Source: Ascidiella aspersa
Lineage: Eukaryota
Reading direction: 5' to 3'
Length of the DNA stretch: 64,000 nucleotides
NCBI GenBank assembly: GCA_963924565.1
Contig: OZ004610.1
Location: 6,324,001 to 6,388,000 of the forward strand
Part shown: positions 41,013 to 52,593 of the stretch, in pieces
Layout of the letters: the number at the start of each line of letters is the position of its first letter
How positions within the stretch are numbered: position 1 is the first letter of the stretch
Notes under the pieces: generated by a model
What the model was told of the DNA's origin: nothing
Databases searched by the model: none
What the model saw: the letters and a program-made list of their open reading frames with translations, nothing else
Position numbers and translations under genes: made by a program

Positions 41013-41111
41013 GATTACTTGAGCGCACTGCACATTGCGTCGCACTGCGGTCACGTAGAAGTTGCCAAACTTATGCTTGAGAATAAAGCAAACGTCGACT
41101 GCAAGGCTTTG
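41013..41111 (+). CDS. ANK1/2/3: Ankyrin exon, repeat 11
   Basis: DYLSALHIASHCGH...CKAL; 99 nt. Confidence 0.96.
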
Positions 41112-41657
41112 GTGAGTTGATCGGCTTGTGTAAATCGTTGTGTGCTTTTAAACAACATCAAAATAATATGTTTTTAATTTTTTTTTTAATCATTGTTTTC
41201 AAATGGTTTCCAAACCTTACGAAACTGTTTAGTTTTGAGCTCCAATTTTGCGGAATGACCTTATAATTGGTTTTGAGACTAAATGCGCATTTAAAGCGAT
41301 GACATTTTTGTAAAGAACCAAACGTCAATATATGTCTGATGATTATTTTTTGCTTTGTGCTATCGAAACCACTAGATATTCCGTTTACTAGGCGTAGCAA
41401 AGGGTTCAATGAGCCGTTTGTTTTTCTACCGGTGGCTCCATATGCCAACTGTTAGCTTACTCCAAATATCAGCAAAATCCAAAGTAAATAGCCGAATAGG
41501 CAATAGCAATATCTAAATATCATTTCCCCGCTGATAAAGGCAGGCATAGCTGCTGATCAGTATGTTAGACATAACCCGCTTGCTATAGTATGTGTTACAT
41601 TATTGCAATCAGTACGTTACGTTGTACTTTACCCATTGTTGTGTTTTTTTCACACAG

Positions 41658-41756
41658 AACGGATTCACACCGCTTCATGTGGCATGCAAGAAGAACAGAA
41701 TGGCGGTGGTTCAACTCTTGGTGGCGCACCATGCTGATATTGAGGCCGTCACCGAG
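41658..41756 (+). CDS. ANK1/2/3: Ankyrin exon, repeat 12
   Basis: [14 protein letters not shown]...AVTE; 99 nt. Confidence 0.96.
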
Positions 41757-42113
41757 GTAATATAATAATTCTTGCTTCACGTTTTTAGGCAACTGGTGTC
41801 CATGGATAGAACGCTTTACTATCCAAACGAGAAGTACTTTCGTCGTTTTGCAGGGGTTAGTGGACTGCTTTTTCCTTTATTATCGCGAACACCACTAGCA
41901 ACTAAAATATCAAAACTAAACTTTCGCACAAGTCACTTTTCCCATTCAAATACTTTCTACACGTTGACCTGATTAAGTATGGTTGTACCACTGTTTGCGA
42001 ACATTGCAAGGCAACTTGTCCTACAGCAGTGCCAGCTGATTCAAAGATTTAGAATTAGACAAATACGGCTATTAATAAAGAATCCAATCATAATATCGAC
42101 TTAGTGTCGTAAA

Positions 42114-42489
42114 TATGGATGTCCGATTCGTATTTTATTCCACTAGCTGATGTTTACGACTAAAACTGTCGCGATCCGGACCCATACCAAATTACGCCCA
42201 CACTCGCCTTAAACAAGTAAAATAGATGAAACATTCAGCGGCAATTTGTTTTCAGGTTATTAGGCCAAAACCAAGTTCAGTTACCTCCAGTTGTTAACCT
42301 ACAAGTGTGTGATAATATTACCTTTTATTGTAGAAATACCTGCGTTTGATCGCAAACCACGCCTGAAATTCATATAATATTAATTTGGTTTCGGATCGGC
42401 ACCGATACCACCCTATAGTATCGGACGAATACCAATACCACCTCTTGTTATGTGGTATCCACTCCAATGCGATATTACCTAAATCCCTA
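42114..42489. mobile_element. MITE, CCGATAC-rich family
   Basis: tatggatgtccgat ... atcccta termini; shared internal sequence with 8466-8580. Confidence 0.55.
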
Positions 42490-43189
42490 GTCCATAAACC
42501 GAAACCCGAAATACAGTCTTCGACCTAAAATATCATCGGCAAACGGCCCCTTGACGCGCCCTGAGCATTGACCGATTCCCTTCCGCTGGCAGTTCATGTT
42601 TTATTGACAAGTCCGTCGTCCCGCTCACGTGCTCGCAATCAATAATTTAAGGCCCGCATTAGGGACGATCGAATCCCGAAAGAGCAATATATACTCTGTT
42701 ATGCTCGAAATGTTGCGCAACGGAGCAGCTGTGTATTGGCATTGGACGGCGGAACTTTACTTTCATTAATCTCTATCCTGAAGCGTTATGTCTCGGAACG
42801 TAAATCTTGATATGTATGATATTATCACTAACGGATTGCAATAGTCTTTTGAAAAGTTTCGTGTAATTTACTACTTGCTTTTAGAGGATTATATTCACTT
42901 TGTTTTTATGTGAAAAAAAAAATTCGTAAACTAAGGCATAATCCTAATATCTCTAAAAGCAGGCTAACATAACAACTTGTCTAATTCATTTCTACGCATT
43001 GGGCCACTGCTAAAATTTATAAGTCTATATTTTCAGCTGTTATGGCATATAGACACCTTCATAAACCGTTTACGCCTTTTCTGAGACGTTTAAAATCAAT
43101 GATTTTTTTCGGGTACTAGAAGTGAATGCCCGTCCACATTATATTTTACCTTCGAGCATTTATGTAAACGTTGTTTTTCATCTGTTTAG

Positions 43190-43288
43190 TCTGGACTCAC
43201 GCCTCTGCATATCGCCTGCTTCATGGGAAATGTCGAGATAGTTCATTTCCTGATCAAGAAAAACGCCAAGCTTGATACTGTCAATGTG
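43190..43288 (+). CDS. ANK1/2/3: Ankyrin exon, repeat 13
   Basis: SGLTPLHIACFMGN...TVNV; 99 nt. Confidence 0.96.
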
Positions 43289-44238
43289 GTAAGCTGCCGT
43301 TTTTCCGCGTGCAATTCTGTGATATATGAAATTTAAATTTTTTTTTTATTTTTTTTTTCAATTTAAAGTCGTCGTACGATCGTCGTGCAATATCCAAATC
43401 TTAATGTCTGACCATGCAGCAGTCTGTTAATAACACTGGTAGGCCGGCTGGTGGGCTATTACAGGGTTGCCACAAAGTCTTGAATGTATTCGATTTGATT
43501 TACATATTGAAAATTTTATTTTAGAAACCCTATGTTTCTTAAAGTCCGTTGAATAGAGTCTTTCACTTTATTTTATGTGCAGCTTAAGTCATACGTGTCT
43601 TGGGAGTGCCGCTAAAAAACAATTGAACAATTGTGTTGACCACCGCATTTATACTGTTTTGCTTTCGAATCATATTCAAAAATTGTCAAACGATGCAATT
43701 TCAGGTCTTGAAAGACCTTTTTTTTTGTGAATGTTTTTTCAATTGTTTTTTTTTCACTACTCCCCTACCAACTTAAATATCGAACCAAAGATCGGAGGAG
43801 TTCAATGCGAAAGTCCTAAACGTTTTTCAGATATAAAATATTTATTTTTCTCAAACTGCAAATGGATGCACTGGCAGCTCTACCAGTCAAAAGACGAAAA
43901 TGTATTCTAGTTTTATGTTTAATATTGATTTTAACTTTGATGAATCATATTCACCTGTCAACTGTTTTTTTCTCACTGTATTACGCTTTCCTCGTTTTGA
44001 ACCTTATAGAAACTATTCAGAATAATAGTCAAAACTATTACACCATTGAAAAGTAGTAATTTTACTTTACCTAAGCGCCATTTGAATCAAGCTCCATTCC
44101 CAAAACGTTAAAGGTAGTTAGGTGCAATGTGCACGGATATGTAACGTATAGCTTGATAATGAATTGTCAAAGCCAAACAAGTGTTAAAAAACGAGCGGCA
44201 CATTTAACCCCGAGTAACCTCTTCTTTCGACCAATCAG

Positions 44239-44337
44239 CGCGGCGAGACGGCTCTGCACATGGCGACGCGTTCCGACAAGATCGAGATCGTCGAGTATCT
44301 TCTGAAGAAAGGCGCACGACCGGACACAAGAAAACAG
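44239..44337 (+). CDS. ANK1/2/3: Ankyrin exon, repeat 14
   Basis: RGETALHMATRSDK...TRKQ; 99 nt. Confidence 0.95.
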
Positions 44338-44462
44338 GTGCAGAAAAGCTCGTAGCTGTCCCCCCCCCCCGTCTCCCCCAATGCGCGCACGCACGAATGT
44401 TTTGTTACAATAACTGAGGAAAACCGCCGCCTTTGCCAATGACGTAACACGTTACGTGTTTG

Positions 44463-44502
44463 TGTTGTTGTTGTTTGATTGTTGTTGTTGTTGTTGTTGT
44501 TG
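44463..44502. repeat. (GTT)n microsatellite, interrupted
   Basis: Direct reading. Confidence 0.85.
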
Positions 44503-46208
44503 CTGTCCGTCCATTTTTTTATAGTCGTAACAGAAAAGAGTTTTTGCATATTCGCATGGTGGTGCCACGTTTTATAATTTTTTATGAAATTTTTGCTACA
44601 TAATCTGCTAGGCTACCTAATTACAAACCGGGTACTTTGAATGAAAAAAATATTTTCGCATATATTGAATATATGTTGAAGTTGTCCAGCCCAATTGCAA
44701 TATCCACTCAAATGCGAGTGTTGGGGCGAAGTTTGAGTTAAAATTTTGGGCAGTGATTGTTTTCTTCAGGAAGTTATAGTTTTGAAGGTAAAGTGAGTAA
44801 CGCTTTCTTTCTACATCATTAACTATAAGCTAGGTAGAGGTAGGCCCTAGCTCAACAAACTTGAATAACGTATCTTCAATCAATGAGGTCAAGTAAATTA
44901 TAGGGGGTTCGAAACTTTACCCTTACTTTTTTGCGCTTTAAAATCGTTTGTTACTAATCAGGTAAAGCTGACTTTACAGCCCACGAACACGCACTTTTGC
45001 TTGTCCCGCGTTGCCCGCAGTGTTAAATGCATCTTCTAGTCTTTCGCGCTTGCCCATTCGAATCGCAGCTAAAAAGCACTGTAATTAGTTCACCGCGCTG
45101 CCTCGCAATCGAGATCCAGTAGTTTACTTAAGGCTGGAATTGGTTTAGAAGACAGTAATATAGCTACCTTAATTTTTAGTCACGCGTGTTGGACATGCCT
45201 TTTTTGGCCGCACCCATAATGACTCCACCTTTTTCCTGACTGAAACGCCACCTTGGTGTACTCCTGTTGAAAATGTGTCCTTTAATTGATCAAAGTTGAA
45301 TAAACGCCCTTTTTCCTGACAAGTGTGCCGTTTGGTGTTGATGTTACGATTATTATCGTCTCGCCTTTTGTTTTGCTTGCTGTGTTGTGAATTGCGGAAC
45401 GTTCCCGCGCCGGTACAAGTTTAATGATAAAAACACATGCCTGAAGCCATTCCATCTTTCGAAGTATCCATTTCGCTGCAATACCAATAATTTGGTCTAA
45501 GAAACCCTAAAAAACGGAACGTTCCCTAATATGACGCGCAAGCAAGCTAAACCAAAGGCGAGTTTAGAAAACTAAAAACAACTTGAATTTAAGGCAAACC
45601 GGCGCGCAAACGTTCCTCAGTTATTGTACATTATGTCGTGCTTGCTTTGTTGTATTCGTTTTTATGTAAAATCCGCCATGCTTGTCTTCCCCCCGTAACG
45701 TACCTATATACATTTATTGTATGTCATTGTTGCAATGTACATGCTCTTGCTCTGGTATATTGTGTAATAGTTGGTTTTATTCAGGTATAAGTCAGCACTT
45801 ATAGTTAAAAAGAAGTGAAACTTAGACTATACCTAATGTGAGACCAACGACAAAACATAATGTAGTTTTTTGTCTAAAAGTCCTAAGCATTTTATTTCTA
45901 AATTTGAAAAAAAAAAATTATTTCTAAAACTCTTATTGTCTGGGGTGGAATTTATTTTACCCTACTAGTATGAAATAAAATATACTATAAAATCCTGGCA
46001 ATAAAACACCCCAAATGTATAGCCTGAAAAATGGTTAAAGTAGTCTAAAAAACTTCACTACGACTATTTAGTTCGGTCGAAGTAATGCAAAAGGTTTTAG
46101 CCTGTGAATAATGCATTAGCACTATGACTGGTTATTAAAAGTGTTGTTCTCGTTAATGCCTACAAGGATTGGGAAGGAATATACGTTGAGGTGAGTATGA
46201 TAGTAAAT

Positions 46209-46519
46209 CAGTGTTGAAATGACTTAACTTGAGTTGTTCGGCTTACATGGCTTGACTTGACTCAAGTTATTTGAACAAATGACTTAACTTTGGCTTACGT
46301 CATATACGCAATTGACATGACTCATGTTGAAGTGCTTTATTGGTAATATGGGTTATTTATGTCGAATATGGTAATATTTATCATGTCTACATTTAATTAT
46401 AAGGTTAATTAGGTGACTGGGATTTAATGCTTGTTGAAAATGACCGTAGACCTACATGTATTTTGAAAACTACTTGACGAGGACTTCAGTCATCTTTTAA
46501 TGATTTGTTCATAACACTG
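46209..46519. mobile_element. MITE with GACTT subterminal repeats
   Basis: cagtgtt / aacactg termini; repeated gacttga motifs. Confidence 0.45.
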
Positions 46520-47301
46520 TTGTCTGTCTTACACCTAACTTCCTTACTACGACCTGATTTTATCTGGTATCATCCACTGTTGTTTTGGATTTTTTATAAT
46601 ATAGGCTACGTGCATTTCATGAAACTGTTTTCTGTTATTCTGCTAGACTTGAATTCACCCCTGACAAATATATGAACTTCTTGCTATCCAAGTATAAATA
46701 TTAACGAAAAGCGTTACTCGCATTTTGTTACTAATAAATGCGATGGGTTATTTCTATTGGCAATTACTCGAAAACCTTGATTACAAACAAGACGCAATTT
46801 TCAAATGCAACTCTTTTGGCGTATAGACAAAAATCTGGAAACCATCCGGAAAGTAGCCTAACAACTAGTCAACAAAATATATATATAATTTATAAACAGC
46901 CATTAACGATCAAAACGATAACTAGTCAAATTTTATTTAAGGATTTTTTGTGCCGTTAGTCAAAGCAACCCCAATTTTATTTGCAGTCTTCCTACTGAGT
47001 CAGTTATATGAACTGTTGCTATACCAGGCATCGTAGTAATAATATCAAAATTAACAGGAGAATTGTTTTTGATTATCATGAGTCTGTTATCTTAAAATAA
47101 TGCAATTTGCCTCTAAAACGGTGCCGTATGTAACAAGAAGGTAATGATTCAATTTGCACTGAAGGATATTTAATCAACGCCGAAAATCTTCAAGGAGACT
47201 GTCAGCTCAATACCGCCACTAGTGGTTGTACTGTTTATTTTCTGTCTGGCGAAAAGGTCGTTGCAAAGCAATGCACGTTATTATCGCTTTTACCCTTTCA
47301 G

Positions 47302-47370
47302 GAATCGCAGACTTGCCTGCACTTGGCCGCGAGACTCGATAAATTGGATATTGTCAAGCTTCTGATACAG
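47302..47370 (+). CDS. ANK1/2/3: Ankyrin exon, repeat 15 (first part)
   Basis: ESQTCLHLAARLDKLDIVKLLIQ; 69 nt. Confidence 0.93.
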
Positions 47371-47988
47371 GTTCGTTAGATTTAATAGTTTTTTTATTAA
47401 AAGTCTATTTTTACCTTGAGCTGACAGCGATAGTTAAGGAACTCCCTGCCAATTGCCGGGGAAATCTACCATACATGTAAAATTCTGTTGAAACAGCGTA
47501 ATTAAAAGCTTTACTGAATGATTGCAGCATTTGTTTCTTAAAAACATTCTCTCTCTTAAAAACATTCTCAATTAGATTTCGTTTTCTTAGTCCCACCACT
47601 TCAGTAAGGGATTAGTTGCCTTCATCATACAAGTCTAATCGAGTCTTCTTGACATGAGTAGTAAATACATCTGCTGTTAATAACATTTTTTTTTATATAA
47701 AAAAAGTTTCTCTCAAGATTGAAATTTTCTATTAATTTTTTTTTAAAAAAGGCAAGAAATAAAGTTGCTGGCATTGAAGAACTTCGTTGAAATTTTTATG
47801 ACACTATTATCGTCAACGGACTAGTTCCAATACTTTACCTGTTTACCTGTCATAGAAGGCGATAGGAATAACATGATCGGATAACAGCCGCCGCCGGGTT
47901 ACAATGTAGGCTATAACTGGCACTCTAGTTGTTGCCGTTATAAAGTAGATTTTATTTTACTGATATCGACATTTTACCCCGTTTGCAG

Positions 47989-48117
47989 CACGGAGCTGTT
48001 GTGGACGAAATCATGGAGGACGGTCACACTCCGCTGCACGTGTCGGCCAGAGAAGGTCACGTGGACGTATGCGAGTTCTTATTGGACAAGGGAGCCTCGG
48101 TTTCTATGGCGACCAAG
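47989..48117 (+). CDS. ANK1/2/3: Ankyrin exon, end of repeat 15 plus repeat 16
   Basis: HGAVVDEIMEDGHTPLHVSAREGH...MATK; 129 nt. Confidence 0.94.
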
Positions 48118-48540
48118 GTTTAAATTGTTGCTCATTTAACAAATCAAAATTATACGTTCGATTAAAATGGCAGTAAAATCCGACAAGAAATGAAGCTCCA
48201 AATTCTGACGCCTACCACTTTTTTACAAAAAAGATATAACTCCCGTGAAATGAAAAACAATTCTTCAAGCAGAAGTTTAACAGTGAAGATTTGACGAAAG
48301 AAATTATTTATTTCAATGATTTTATTATTTCAATGATTTCCGGATAATGTACTTTGTGGTATAATCTTTAATATTATAGATTCACTGTCACTAATGTATG
48401 TTTTTGTTAATGTTTACGATTATTGAGACCAAAATAGTAACCGGCTGGTAAAAGCCAAACCGCCAAAAATACAACTAATTTAAGTATAACAAACAGTTCT
48501 GTTTTGGAGCAAAGCGCTAACGCCTCCTTGTAATTTGCAG

Positions 48541-48639
48541 AAGGGCTTCACTGCGCTGCATCTAGCTGCAAAGTATGGTCAAATCGAGGTGGCCAATTTA
48601 CTGCTCAAACGTGGATCGTCACCCGACGCCGGAGGAGAA
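48541..48639 (+). CDS. ANK1/2/3: Ankyrin exon, repeat 17
   Basis: [14 protein letters not shown]...AGGE; 99 nt. Confidence 0.96.
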
Positions 48640-49131
48640 GTAAGACTAACATTAAGCTCCTCTTACGGTTTAAAAACGATTTGTTTTCTCTAGAGTGGCC
48701 ACTCATTTTAAATTAAGAAATGTATATCATCTAATTAGACGTAGAATGAATCAAAAGTTTAGTCGGAAATTTATTATAGATTCCATCCAAAAAAAATATT
48801 GAAAAATATATAGATTAAAAATATAGAAAAAATAAATATCTTACAAAATAAATACAGAAAAAAAAATATAAAAAATATACGGAAAATATAAATTACATCA
48901 AAGGTTATTCGAAAATTAGTATAGGTTTGTGGTGTTGAAAAAACAGATAAAAAACCCACACAGAAATAGGTATAAATGTTTTAACGTTTCAAATATTTAT
49001 TTATTTATTTTCATCATAACTAATCTATACCAACTTCTAAACAGCCTTCGATGTTCATTTTACGTTGAATCACAACCTTCAGCCAATTTGCTTGATCATT
49101 ATGCTATAACGCTTCTCTTTGCTTTCTGTAG

Positions 49132-49230
49132 AACGGCTTGACTCCTCTCCACGTGGCGGCGCACTACGACAACCAGCAGGTGGCGCACCTTCTTCTCAAG
49201 AACGGGGCTTCCCCGCACGTTTCGGGAAAG
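49132..49230 (+). CDS. ANK1/2/3: Ankyrin exon, repeat 18
   Basis: [18 protein letters not shown]...VSGK; 99 nt. Confidence 0.96.
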
Positions 49231-49644
49231 GTTAATGTTTGTATAGTAAAGATATTAAGAAATTTTATAGTATAAGGTAAACTAAATTTAATTCTATCAT
49301 TAAAAATTTAGTATTATTGTCTACAACTTTTTAAGTCGTACATTGAGATTTGTGTTTTTTCTTGTTTTGTCAAACCAAATAAAATTTACAGAACTCTGCT
49401 GACTAGACAAAGCAGATTAGCTAAGCACATAACTCTGCTTACAAGCAGATTAGCTAGCGCAGGCGAACATTTCGTAACAAAATGGGAAATAATGTACAAA
49501 AAATGTATTAGAAATTAACAAAAAACGTGAAAACATCCACGAAAATATCAAAAAATATCCTACAAAAAATGCATTAGAAACTAACAAAACAAAACTTTAA
49601 ATATCCACCAAAATATGCCATTAAATGCGTGTCCCATTTCGCAG

Positions 49645-49842
49645 AACGGCTACACACCTTTGCACATCGCCGCCAAGAAGAACCAGGTCGAGATCGCCAT
49701 CACGCTTCTCGAGTACGGGGCGGCCCCCAACGCGACCACGCGCATGGACTTCACACCTCTCCACTTGGCGGCGCAAGTGGGCCACACAGACATGTGCAGC
49801 TTGCTGGTGGCCAAGGACGCCAACGTCAACGCTGCCGCCAAG
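49645..49842 (+). CDS. ANK1/2/3: Ankyrin exon, repeats 19-20
   Basis: [14 protein letters not shown]...NAAAK; 198 nt. Confidence 0.96.
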
Positions 49843-50230
49843 GTGCGTTTTGAACGTTAATAAGCTTAAAACGGTTGTATGTTGGCCTATGCGCGGCGTT
49901 TCGTGGGTTGGGAGTTCGAATCTCATCGCTGGCTACTTTTTGGGCTTGTCTTTATTTTATAATTTCCCTAACTGATTTTCAAAGGCTTTTTGGTAACGCT
50001 GGCAACACGGACATGTGCAGCTTGCTGGTGGCCAAGGACGCCAACGTCAACGCTGCCGCCACCGTGCGATTTGAACGTTAATAAGCTTAAGAACGACTGT
50101 TATATGGTGGACTATGCGCAGCGTTTCGAGGGTCGTGAGTTCGAATCTCACCGCTGGCTATGTTTTTTGTTGGCCTTCCTTGTCTTTATGGTTCTCCTTG
50201 ATAGGCTGACTGATTTTAAAAGGCGTTTTG
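49780..50230 (+). repeat. Tandem duplication (period about 221 bp) of an exon 3' end plus intron start
   Basis: acatgtgcagcttgctggtggccaaggacgccaacgtcaacgctgccgcc occurs at about 49790 and 50011; both copies carry GAGTTCGAATCTC (B-box-like). Confidence 0.9.
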
Positions 50231-50653
50231 ATATTAATCACTGTAAAAGGCGCGTGTCTCAATACATTCAAGCAGGAATAGGCGACTTTGTATGTATAAT
50301 TTTACCCATAGTTTAAACCTTAATAAGCTAAAATCGAGCCAATTGTGTTGGATTACTTAGTTTCCATCTTTGGGGTATTATTCGTGAATTGTTTTAAAAT
50401 GGTCAGTTGTATAATTAATAATTATCCTTGTAGCTGCTTCCGTGACTTAAACGCCGCGAATGTGACTTTAAACCTTCGGAAAGCATCAAATCAGTCAAAA
50501 AAACTTTTCCAAATATAAAAGACAGAAAACTACTCCTCATAAATGTTACTGTTGAGCAGTAGAAATATCGTAGGACAACCGAACCTTACCTCCGAGGCCT
50601 CAAATAAACTAAATATAGGACAGCACAAGGCTAAATATATATTTTTTGAACAG

Positions 50654-50756
50654 CACGGATTGAGTCCCATGCATTTGGCTGCCCAGGAGGACAGGGTATC
50701 TGTGGCTAAAGTGCTCTACGACAACGAATCATTGGTAGACCCGCTGACAAAATCAG
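50654..50756 (+). CDS. ANK1/2/3: Ankyrin exon, repeat 21 (phase-1 end)
   Basis: HGLSPMHLAAQEDR...PLTKS-G; 103 nt, CAG|gtaagt. Confidence 0.94.
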
Positions 50757-51192
50757 GTAAGTTGCATAACGCAAGTGTTACGTAATACGTGCTTCGGTTA
50801 CATTATGGTTTGTTTACGGTAAATCGCAAATACTAGTGGGTTGCCATGTTCAAAAGCTGTATAAAACATATACATGTTTTTTACATGCACATTTTCTATT
50901 ATGTCTATACCGATCGCGTGATAACCTTCCAAGTTGCATCATATGGCATTTATAGATAACATACTGCCAGGTCAAAACTCCTTAATAGTAATAAAACAAA
51001 TTGTATAGGAAAAGTCAAACCTAAACGAAAGCTTTCAAACAGATTTTCAAAAGGCAGTTTTGCCGTCGAATAAAAGTGTACTGCATAATCATCGAAATGT
51101 CGATTATAAATTGTGTGTTATCATCCAACGTCGCATCGCCAAAACTGTATCGTCTTGCATCCTCAATAAACCCCGCTGTAACAACGTTGCAG

Positions 51193-51287
51193 GATGCACT
51201 CCGTTACACGTTGCTGCCCATCATGGTAACATCAAGATCGCCAATTATCTGCTCTCGCTCGGAGCCAAGGTCAACGCCAAAACCAAG
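51193..51287 (+). CDS. ANK1/2/3: Ankyrin exon, repeat 22
   Basis: (G)[12 protein letters not shown]...NAKTK; 95 nt, phase 1/0. Confidence 0.94.
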
Positions 51288-51793
51288 GTAAGATTGACTT
51301 TTATAAAACCATTGCGGTCTAACAATTTGCCGTTTAGCAATTTGCCGAAAATTTATCATTTTCTTAGCCTAAAAGGCAATTCGTTTAGCTGACCCATTGT
51401 TTTCAATTTTGTTAAAGTACCACTTTCCGTCCTATCCAAATAATCTAGCCATTCAAGTTGATTGTAACAAAACCGGATTGCTGTTCAAATTCCATCTAAA
51501 TATCCCATAATTTGCCCAACTTTGACTTTTGTTTCTGGCCCCAGAAACGCCACTCGTTTAGCGGGGAACCGTTTTTGATTTTGTTAAAGGAGAATCATTC
51601 TACGATTCCCGTACTATCCAGAAAAATTCAAGCTGTTCGTTGATTGTAACAAAACAAGCCCCCTGTTTAAATTCCTATGTTTTATTTTCGCCCTGCTATT
51701 TGTTGTGTTACTTGTGCGTGTTTTAACTTCAAAATTACCTGGCTAATATGCCATCCTTAATTGCTGACTTTTAAACGCGTACCTCCCATCCAG

Positions 51794-51892
51794 AACGGCT
51801 ACACACCACTCCACCAGGCGTCGCAACAGGGTCACACTCACGTGGTCGACCTGCTCATCAAGTTCGGTGCTTCCCCTAACGAGCTAACCACG
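51794..51892 (+). CDS. ANK1/2/3: Ankyrin exon, repeat 23
   Basis: [16 protein letters not shown]...ELTT; 99 nt. Confidence 0.96.
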
Positions 51893-51988
51893 GTACGTTT
51901 TGGCTTTGCCTCGTCGGTCCGCGATTTATTGCCTATGTTTGATCATAGATATATTATATATGTACCAAAATCATCTAGAATAAATATA

Positions 51989-52180
51989 GGGTAATCAGGT
52001 GGCACTATATAAAGATATTGTATTGTAATCTCGACAAGCTTTCGCACAACCGTGCTTCTTAAGGTGACTTAGACCTGGTAAAGAACGGTTGTGCGAAAGC
52101 TTGTCGAGAATATAATACAATTTGTTTTTATATGGTGCCACCTAATTACCCAATTTAGAATTAGACAAATACAGCCATTT
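51989..52180 (+). mobile_element. Penelope-like (Neptune-type) inverted pLTR relic with degenerate hammerhead
   Basis: Inverted arms 51989-52151; CGAAAGCTTG...GGTGCCAC...AGACAAATACAGCC; related tail at about 42030-42072. Confidence 0.65.
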
Positions 52181-52500
52181 ACAAAGATATATTATAAAGT
52201 TAACGAGAAACATGATGTTGTATTTGTTATTGAAGTACCTTTGGCGAACAGTTTAAAATATCCTTCGGCGGAACAACTCGTTAATGGTGCGATAATTGTA
52301 TGTTACCAACACAAAAAAATAGCTTACGCTATAGGAAAATAAAATGTTGAGGTGGAGTGGAATACTAAATATTTTATCACATGATGGGTTTCGTGTTACA
52401 TAAATAGCTGTTGGGTCATAAAGGGTCTAAGCCCCTCATCCCGGCAGTCTGCAAGCGTTAAGTTTGGATTTGCCGTAATTATTTCCCATTTGTTGCGCAG

Positions 52501-52593
52501 AGCGGGAACACTGCCTTGTCTCTGGCAAAACGCCTCGGATATATTTCGGTTGTGGACACTCTCAAGACAATTACCACCGAGACCACTACAACG
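52501..52593 (+). CDS. ANK1/2/3: Ankyrin exon, repeat 24
   Basis: SGNTALSLAKRLGYISVVDTLKTITTETTTT; 93 nt. Confidence 0.96.
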
